A DNA stretch of 20,000 bases. Source: an uncultured virus (IMG/VR IMGVR_UViG_3300042328_000542) (taxonomy: Duplodnaviria; Heunggongvirae; Uroviricota; Caudoviricetes). The stretch lies in IMG/VR virus record IMGVR_UViG_3300042328_000542; one strand, given 5' to 3'. The translations under genes and the position numbers were made by a program. Of the stretch, positions 14,265 through 20,000 are shown one piece after another (the first letter of the stretch is position 1; each line of letters begins with the position of its first letter). The notes beneath the pieces were generated by a model. It had not been told where the DNA came from. It worked only from the letters and a program-made list of their open reading frames with translations, and ran no database searches.

Positions 14265-15580
14265 GTATGAAAGAAATTACAATTGATAGATTATTTCAGG
14301 AACAATATCGTCCATATGCCAATTATGACAACGAACGTTCATTACCAAATTTAATTGATGGATTAAAAATTACTCAACGTAAAGTTTTGTATACTTGTTT
14401 GTTGAAAAATACAACAAGTGAAATGAAAGTCGCTCAATTAGCGTCCTCAGTTGCGTTTGAGACGCATTATCATCATGGTGAAGCGGGTATCGGTGGTGTA
14501 ATTTGTAACCTTGCACAAGACTTTGTTGGTTCTAATAATTTAAATTGGTTGGAACCTATTGGACAATTTGGTTCTAGATTAAGTCCAATTCCAGCTGCAC
14601 ATCGTTATATCTTTACAAAATTATCTAAAAACTTTAGGCAATATTTTCGTAAAGAAGATGATATTATTTTGGAACATTTGTACGAAGATGATTTTAAGAT
14701 TGAACCTAAATTTTTTATTCCGATCTTACCTGGTATTTTATTAAATAGTTCACAAGGTATAGGTACAGGTTTTGCGTCAAATATTCTAGCTAGAAATCCT
14801 AAACAATTAGTTGCGTATATTAATGATCAACTAGCTAAAGTTGATAACTCACATACTATTTTACCGTATTTTGATGGGTTTAAAGGTACTGTTGAACAAT
14901 CTGAGTTAGATGATAACAAATATATTATCAAAGGTTGTATAACTAGAGTTGATAGCACAAAAGTTAAAATTGTTGAGTTGCCTGTTGGTATGTATCTTGA
15001 TGATATTAAAAAACAGTTGAATAAATTAGTTGAGTGTGATTATATTAAAGATTATGATGATAATTCTACAGAAGATGCTTTTGATATTGATGTATATTTC
15101 ACTCGCGGATATTTGTCTACTGTAGATGATGCTACATTGTTGGATAAATTAAAATTGGTGTCAACTGTTACTGAAAATTTAACATGTTGGTTACCTACTG
15201 GCAAATTGCGTAAATTTTCATCTGTGTATGAAATACTTGATTATTTTATACAGTGGAGACTACAGCAATATTCCACTAGAATAAATGTGTTAATAGATAT
15301 GTTAGGTAATAATATAACATCTTTAAATGAAAAAGTTAGATTTATTACTTTCTATTTAAATAATGTTTCAGAATTTAAAAATTCCAGTAAACTTGAGTTG
15401 TTATCGCTCTTGACAGAAAACAACTTTTCTGATACTATGTTAGACATGAAAATCTGGAACCTAACTGGTGATAAGATAGCAGAGTTGGAAAATGCTGTTA
15501 AAGATTTGATTAGTAAAAAGAAAGTGTTAGAAAAAACAACAAATATTAATTTATATATTAAAGAATTGGAGACCTTATGA
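14261..15580 (+). CDS. gp52: DNA topoisomerase II medium subunit
   Basis: RSLPNLIDGLKITQRK, YHHGE, GQFGSR, AAHRY (catalytic Tyr), GIGTGF; ATGA overlap with the gp39 stop. Confidence 0.96.
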   Translation: MSMKEITIDRLFQEQYRPYANYDNERSLPNLIDGLKITQRKVLYTCLLKNTTSEMKVAQLASSVAFETHYHHGEAGIGGVICNLAQDFVGSNNLNWLEPIGQFGSRLSPIPAAHRYIFTKLSKNFRQYFRKEDDIILEHLYEDDFKIEPKFFIPILPGILLNSSQGIGTGFASNILARNPKQLVAYINDQLAKVDNSHTILPYFDGFKGTVEQSELDDNKYIIKGCITRVDSTKVKIVELPVGMYLDDIKKQLNKLVECDYIKDYDDNSTEDAFDIDVYFTRGYLSTVDDATLLDKLKLVSTVTENLTCWLPTGKLRKFSSVYEILDYFIQWRLQQYSTRINVLIDMLGNNITSLNEKVRFITFYLNNVSEFKNSSKLELLSLLTENNFSDTMLDMKIWNLTGDKIAELENAVKDLISKKKVLEKTTNINLYIKELETL

Positions 15581-15765
15581 GTGTAAATTTCACACAGCAA
15601 GAATTAACTGAATTGAAAAACAGATTTTCTAGTATTGTAGTAAATGAAAATGTAGATCGTGAAGTTATTGTTCATACATTATCTAGTGGTAGAATTATTA
15701 AAGGTGTTGTAACGTTAGAAGGTGTACTACAAGTAAAATCTGTTACCAATTTCTTATGTGAGTAA
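15577..15765 (+). CDS. Hypothetical protein
   Basis: 62-aa ORF, GGAG SD, ATGA-coupled to gp52. Confidence 0.7.
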   Translation: MSVNFTQQELTELKNRFSSIVVNENVDREVIVHTLSSGRIIKGVVTLEGVLQVKSVTNFLCE

Positions 15766-15768
15766 TAA

Positions 15769-16617
15769 ATGGCTATATTATTAGATTTGAATCAGATTGT
15801 AATCAGTGGATTACAATCTCAAGTTAGAGCTTGTAGGATTAATGTTTTAGATAAAGATTTGTGTAGACATCTAGTGTTGAATTCTATACGAGCAGTTGTG
15901 CATAAATTTAAAGCTGAATACGGTGAAGTAATTGTTTGCTGTGATTCTAGAAAGTATTGGCGCAAAGAAGTTTTTCCACACTACAAAGCTAGTAGAAAAA
16001 AAGCTAGAGAAAAATCGGATTTAGATTGGAATGTGATTTTTGAAGTGTTGGATGAAGTTAGAGCTGATTTAAAAGCAGTTTTTCCGTATAAGGTTATTGA
16101 TGTTGAACGAGCGGAAGCGGATGATGTTATTGGCACATTGACACCACGATTAGCAGCACATGAATCTGTTATGATTTGTAGTTCTGATGGCGATTTTAAA
16201 CAATTACATCAATATGCTAACGTTAAGCAGTATAATCCAATGTTGGATATTTATGTAAAATGTGAAAATCCTCAACTAGAATTAAAAGAAAAGATTCTGC
16301 GTGGTGATTCAGGAGATGGAATTCCATCTATATTGTCTAATGATGATGTGTTTGTTCTAGGTATAAGGCAAAAACCTTTAACAGCAAAAAAGAAAGCTGC
16401 TTTATTATCTGAAGATTTTAATGATCCTAATATTGAGTATTATCGTAATATTCAACGCAATAAATTGTTGATTGATTTAACTCAAACTCCCAGAGAGATT
16501 AAAGATTGTATTATAGAACAATATGAAATGCCAAAAGTTGGATCAAAACAATTAATGATGAAATATTTTATTGAAAAACGATTAAATCGATTGCTTGAAT
16601 GTATTGATGAGTTTTAA
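15769..16617 (+). CDS. rnh: T4-type RNase H / 5'-3' exonuclease
   Basis: ILLDLNQI, YWRKEVFPHYKASRKK, EADDVIG, SSDGDFKQL, GDSGDGIPSI. Confidence 0.95.
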   Translation: MAILLDLNQIVISGLQSQVRACRINVLDKDLCRHLVLNSIRAVVHKFKAEYGEVIVCCDSRKYWRKEVFPHYKASRKKAREKSDLDWNVIFEVLDEVRADLKAVFPYKVIDVERAEADDVIGTLTPRLAAHESVMICSSDGDFKQLHQYANVKQYNPMLDIYVKCENPQLELKEKILRGDSGDGIPSILSNDDVFVLGIRQKPLTAKKKAALLSEDFNDPNIEYYRNIQRNKLLIDLTQTPREIKDCIIEQYEMPKVGSKQLMMKYFIEKRLNRLLECIDEF

Positions 16618-16836
16618 ATGAAAATATATAATTACAATTATACTGGTGAGTGTGATGGAGTACCTAATATGAAACATGTAGACACGTTTAATTCAGACTT
16701 TACAGAAATTGATAATACTGTAGAGTTGCTACCAGAAGATGCTTTTAATGATGATTATATAGAATCGTATGATCCTTATATTGAACAATTAAAACATGAT
16801 TACTTACACCTTAACGAATGGCAAAATTATGAATGA
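16618..16836 (+). CDS. Acidic hypothetical protein
   Basis: 72-aa ORF abutting the rnh stop. Confidence 0.6.
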   Translation: MKIYNYNYTGECDGVPNMKHVDTFNSDFTEIDNTVELLPEDAFNDDYIESYDPYIEQLKHDYLHLNEWQNYE

Positions 16837-16978
16837 TGCATTATATGAATATGCAAAAAAACAATTTGGTTTTATGATTTGTACAGTAGATACTCATGAA
16901 AAAATTGTTGCTGATAAAGATCAATTTGAAAAGTTTATTGATTATATTATATCGGAAGTTAAGAAGCAAAATAATTAG
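16829..16978 (+). CDS. Hypothetical protein
   Basis: MNDALYEYAKKQFGF...FEKFIDYIISE; internal Met overlapping the upstream stop preferred over 16796. Confidence 0.55.
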   Translation: MNDALYEYAKKQFGFMICTVDTHEKIVADKDQFEKFIDYIISEVKKQNN

Positions 16979-17285
16979 AGAATTTTTTTAATTCATCTTC
17001 TGATAAATCGTTTTTTGCTCGATTTGCTCTAAAGGATATTACTTGAATGTTTCCTGCTATATATCCTTTAGATGAATCGATTCTGTCAAAACTGTAACTG
17101 TCATCATCAGGTTTACCTCTATGCCATTTTAATGGTATATTTAATATCGGACATGTTATAGGAAAACTTAATTCATTTAAATCTGCCATAGTTAATGTAA
17201 ATTGTATATTACGTTTTTTTGCTGAACTCTTCAAGTGGTTGTATAATTCTTTAGTTTCTGGTGGTTTGATTCTACAAAGTGTCAT
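16959..17285 (-). CDS. Small HNH-type (His-Me finger) endonuclease
   Basis: KSSAKKRNIQFTLT, CPILNIPL, SFDRIDSSKGYIAGNIQVISFRANRAKND; opposite in orientation to its neighbours. Confidence 0.8.
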   Translation of the reverse strand: MTLCRIKPPETKELYNHLKSSAKKRNIQFTLTMADLNELSFPITCPILNIPLKWHRGKPDDDSYSFDRIDSSKGYIAGNIQVISFRANRAKNDLSEDELKKFSNYFAS

Positions 17286-17286
17286 T

Positions 17287-17478
17287 ATGTATATTTTAAT
17301 CCTTATTATGTCTTTAAAATCTCAATTTAATCACGCATTAGATATACGTGTGGTTGAAAATATTTATTCGCATCAATCATGCTTAGATTTAGGTAAGACT
17401 ATCACGCAAGATTTGAAATCTTTTAATCGTGAAGTTGAGACTAAATACTCATGTGAATTAAATTCTAAGGACAAATAA
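17287..17478 (+). CDS. Small hypothetical protein with hydrophobic N-terminus and two Cys
   Basis: MYILILIMSL...QSCLDLG...KYSCE; start at 17287 avoids overlap with the HNH gene. Confidence 0.55.
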   Translation: MYILILIMSLKSQFNHALDIRVVENIYSHQSCLDLGKTITQDLKSFNREVETKYSCELNSKDK

Positions 17479-17480
17479 CA

Positions 17481-17858
17481 TTGAAAAATTATATTAAAGA
17501 GATTTATGATGAAGCGGAACATGATGGTTTTATGTTTATATTGGATGATGCCAATCAATTAGATATTTCAGCATTCACATATAAAACTAGATCTAAACCC
17601 ATAGAAATTCATCCCGATTTGGGGTATAAATATCACATAATAACTTATCGCGAGTTAATTGATGGTAGAATTGTTGATCCTGATGTGTTTGAAGCTGTTA
17701 TAGGTAATCCATATCATTATGTTGACAATTTATTATCATGTGGATTTTTTGGATCGATTAGTAAAAAGACTAAATCGTCCTCTAAATTTGTTAAATCTAT
17801 GTATAACGATTTACTACAGTCTATAAAAGATCAAGGACCATATGAAGAACAAAATTGA
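17481..17858 (+). CDS. Hypothetical protein
   Basis: 125-aa ORF, TTG start with AAGGA SD. Confidence 0.7.
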   Translation: MKNYIKEIYDEAEHDGFMFILDDANQLDISAFTYKTRSKPIEIHPDLGYKYHIITYRELIDGRIVDPDVFEAVIGNPYHYVDNLLSCGFFGSISKKTKSSSKFVKSMYNDLLQSIKDQGPYEEQN

Positions 17859-18087
17859 AGTTTTAGTACATGAGTTTTTTCCAAATGATACTATAAAAGC
17901 TAATGAGTTATTAAGTGAATTTGGTAAATTGATCGTTAAAGATATCGAAGGGTATGCAGAATCTCAGTATCGTAAATATGTGTCTAGTACAAATTATTCA
18001 ATACGAAATGATGATTGGATCCTTGGTACGAGTGAAGGAGCTGATCATTGTGTTAAATTATTAGAAAAAATGCTTGACAAATCTTGA
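17842..18087 (+). CDS. Hypothetical protein
   Basis: 81-aa ORF with AAGGA SD. Confidence 0.65.
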   Translation: MKNKIEVLVHEFFPNDTIKANELLSEFGKLIVKDIEGYAESQYRKYVSSTNYSIRNDDWILGTSEGADHCVKLLEKMLDKS

Positions 18088-18102
18088 ATGTTGTATTATA
18101 AT
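18074..18102 (+). promoter_or_regulatory. Consensus sigma70 (early) promoter
   Basis: TTGACA (18074-18079), 17 nt, TATAAT (18097-18102). Confidence 0.88.
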
Positions 18103-18134
18103 GATTATATGTTAATTGAAAATGGTAAAAGCTA

Positions 18135-18503
18135 ATGTGTAAAATAAAATTTGTGGAAGTGTCTCAGATTGTTGAAGATGGCAAAGCTGTTGGTATGAAA
18201 TACCTTGATAATTGGATGGTTATTACTAATTATAAAGATGTTGATGAAGCATTTTTAAATTTTAAATTTGTAATTAATACTGTTGTAACAGATAAACAAT
18301 CAATTATATTATGTCGGGATGATGTAAAACGTTTTTGTAAGGCTATCCAAACAAATGTTGGTGATTGTGGTTCCAAAAAAACTATTTTTGGTAAATTAAA
18401 AGAATTTTTGCATGATAATTATGAAGTAAAACGTATTATTATGAATCCAAGAACTCTAGAATATTATCCGCAAAATAAAGCATTTATTGTTAACAAGCTA
18501 TGA
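18135..18503 (+). CDS. Hypothetical protein
   Basis: 122-aa ORF just downstream of the promoter. Confidence 0.7.
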   Translation: MCKIKFVEVSQIVEDGKAVGMKYLDNWMVITNYKDVDEAFLNFKFVINTVVTDKQSIILCRDDVKRFCKAIQTNVGDCGSKKTIFGKLKEFLHDNYEVKRIIMNPRTLEYYPQNKAFIVNKL

Positions 18504-18763
18504 AACAGATTTATTGGGTAGAAGTATTAGAACGGGAATATGGTACTTTAAATTCACATAAAGTTATCCAAGAATATCCATTTCCAGATGTTGAATTTGA
18601 ACCCTTTGGATTTGATTTAGCGTTATTTGAGCAACAAATATTTAAGATTGAAGATAAATTAACTAGATTTGCTACGCATAGGAGATTTAGATTTATTATA
18701 GATATCTGGCATCCTAAAAATTATTTTAGGATAGTTATTAAACCATGGAAATATAAAACGTGA
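18500..18763 (+). CDS. Hypothetical protein
   Basis: 87-aa ORF, ATGA-coupled to the previous gene. Confidence 0.65.
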   Translation: MKQIYWVEVLEREYGTLNSHKVIQEYPFPDVEFEPFGFDLALFEQQIFKIEDKLTRFATHRRFRFIIDIWHPKNYFRIVIKPWKYKT

Positions 18764-18769
18764 GGAATT

Positions 18770-18949
18770 ATGGCAACAATTTCAAAAGCAAGTAGAAAAG
18801 CAAATCCAATGAAAACACGGAATGAGCGACCAAGATTGGGTAATTATTCTACTACAACATTGCGTGAAATGGCTGAAAAAGCTAGTTCAAAAAAGCAAAA
18901 ACATAAAATTGAAAATCGTATTAAATACAATGTTAAAAGAGGTGTATAA
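18770..18949 (+). CDS. Small basic protein, 59 aa (not in ORF track)
   Basis: GAGGA SD; MATISKASRKANPMKTRNERPRLGNYSTTTLREMAEKASSKKQKHKIENRIKYNVKRGV. Confidence 0.75.
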   Translation: MATISKASRKANPMKTRNERPRLGNYSTTTLREMAEKASSKKQKHKIENRIKYNVKRGV

Positions 18950-19098
18950 TGAGTGGTGTTGATGTTAAAAAATGTAATTGTTCAGGAACTCCTGCTGCTG
19001 AATTTCAGGATAAACAATATGGAAAGAGTATGAGGGTAATGAACATGGACGCTAAAAAAGGTTATTCTTGTACAGTTTGTGGAACTAAACACAAATAA
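18949..19098 (+). CDS. Small putative Zn-binding protein, 49 aa (not in ORF track)
   Basis: GAGGTG SD, TAATG coupling; MSGVDVKKCNCSGTPAAEFQDKQYGKSMRVMNMDAKKGYSCTVCGTKHK (CxC...CxxC). Confidence 0.75.
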   Translation: MSGVDVKKCNCSGTPAAEFQDKQYGKSMRVMNMDAKKGYSCTVCGTKHK

Positions 19099-19124
19099 TT
19101 AAAGATATATCCTAATCATAATAT

Positions 19125-19177
19125 AAAAATCCGGAAAATAACTACAAATCAGTTTATTTTCCGGCTTCTCTTTTCTT
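19125..19177. terminator. Probable terminator between convergent gene blocks
   Basis: CCGGAAAATAA (19131-19141) pairs with TTATTTTCCGG (19154-19164); pyrimidine/T-rich tail on the plus strand, A-run on the left. Confidence 0.65.
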
Positions 19178-19265
19178 GTTGATCGAGTTGTGTTCGATTT
19201 TTAGATTTAATACAGAATATCAATCTCTGTAAAAATTCTTCGTAAGATTTTTCTCAAATTACTTG

Positions 19266-19562
19266 TTATTTTTTCGCAGCTTTCGCAACGTTTTTAGCAA
19301 CTTTTGCAACTGATGTAGATCCTTCAGATTCAGCTACTTCACCTAATGTTTCAGCTACAACGCCAACCACATTATCTGTGTCAGCTAATTCTTGTCCTAT
19401 TTTAACAGCTGCAGCTCCAGCTTTTTCTGTTAAAGGAACTAATTCTTCATTTCCTGTTATAATTTCTACAGTTGTTGCTGCTTTTGTTAAAAATGGTGCA
19501 AATTTACCAAGACCAACAAATCCCATTTTAATTTTTGATAATATATTTGTTAAAAAATTCAT
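19266..19562 (-). CDS. Ala/Val-rich hypothetical protein
   Basis: 98-aa ORF with AGGAG SD; amphipathic N-terminus. Confidence 0.75.
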   Translation of the reverse strand: MNFLTNILSKIKMGFVGLGKFAPFLTKAATTVEIITGNEELVPLTEKAGAAAVKIGQELADTDNVVGVVAETLGEVAESEGSTSVAKVAKNVAKAAKK

Positions 19563-19583
19563 TTCATACTCCTTTTTAGTTAT

Positions 19584-19793
19584 TTAAAATTTAATATCAG
19601 TTTCTGGTGCAGCTTCTTTAAAGAATACTCCAAGGATACCGAATACAACAGCAGCACCGTTCATTGCTGTATTCCATTGTTCATCAGGGATTTGTTGACC
19701 CACTAAAGCAAATAGTGTGGCTAGAGATGCGTGCGTACTAGGTTCTCTTAGTCTTTTAAATACATATAACAATTTTCCTACTATATTTCCCAT
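19584..19793 (-). CDS. Holin-like small membrane protein (2 TM)
   Basis: RLREPSTHASLATLFALVG...AAVVFGILGVFFKE; AAGGAG SD. Confidence 0.6.
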   Translation of the reverse strand: MGNIVGKLLYVFKRLREPSTHASLATLFALVGQQIPDEQWNTAMNGAAVVFGILGVFFKEAAPETDIKF

Positions 19794-19828
19794 TTATTAT
19801 ACTCCTTAAAGTTTTCCATATATGAGTT

Positions 19829-20000
19829 TTATCTATTTCTATTAGGATGTCCAGCTGCTACATTTCTAACAACCTCATCTTGATCATTTATTGCTTTATC
19901 TAAATGTTCCTTAGTTGCATTAGGATGTCCAGCTGCTGCCCGTCTAACATACTCATCTTGATCATTTATTGCTTTATCTAAATGTTCCTTAGTTGCATTA
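19829..20000 (-). CDS. C-terminus of a 26-aa HEAT/LRV-like repeat protein (truncated by window edge)
   Basis: Minus-strand translation NATKEHLDKAINDQDEYVRRAAAGHP NATKEHLDKAINDQDEVVRNVAAGHP NRNR-stop; 78-nt near-perfect tandem repeat. Confidence 0.8.
   Translation of the reverse strand, partial: NATKEHLDKAINDQDEYVRRAAAGHPNATKEHLDKAINDQDEVVRNVAAGHPNRNR

Noticed and set aside
19150..19265. Protein-like minus-strand stretch EKSYEEFLQRLIFCIKSKNRTQLDQQEKRSRKIN after ORF 19266..19562
   Set aside because: It is preceded by in-frame TAA and TGA stops with no good start or SD, and is too short to call a gene or a read-through product.
2814..19587. Short ORFs 2814..3002, 8103..8285, 9555..9764, 10962..11159, 13128..13346, 15352..15600, 17373..17558 and 19378..19587
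   Set aside because: They overlap better-supported genes on the opposite strand or in another frame and show no motif support.
1..20000. Stop-codon reassignment or tRNA genes
   Set aside because: Core genes are full length in the standard code, both TGA and TAG end plausible genes, and no tRNA cloverleaf or T-loop motif was recognised.

Overview
AT-rich segment of a T4-like (environmental Tevenvirinae/Kyanoviridae-like) myovirus genome. It opens with the 3' part of a virion protein with a tail-lysozyme domain (+). A leftward block follows: gp32, gp59, gp33, a SleB-like hydrolase, a PD-(D/E)XK exonuclease, phoH and an FmdB-like gene. A rightward block holds topoisomerase II (fused gp39+60, gp52), RNase H, an inverted HNH nuclease and many small ORFs. 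The window ends in a convergent holin-like gene and a truncated 26-aa-repeat protein. Two things stand out. (1) Interleaved in the phoH-exonuclease-gp33 block are four His-rich, Cys-free proteins with a T4 internal-protein-like N-terminus (MK[TR]FK...): two ADP-ribosyltransferase paralogs and two dissimilar kinase-fold proteins, a candidate cassette of virion-packaged, injected effectors. (2) At the divergence point of the two blocks (about 10050-11220), a promoter fires into about 500 nt of helix-rich non-coding sequence. This is followed by strand-opposed DNA mini-hairpins with GAA/AAA triloops and tandem GA pairs around an AT-rich core, a candidate structured RNA plus replication origin module. 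All family calls come from motif recognition by eye; no searches were run.
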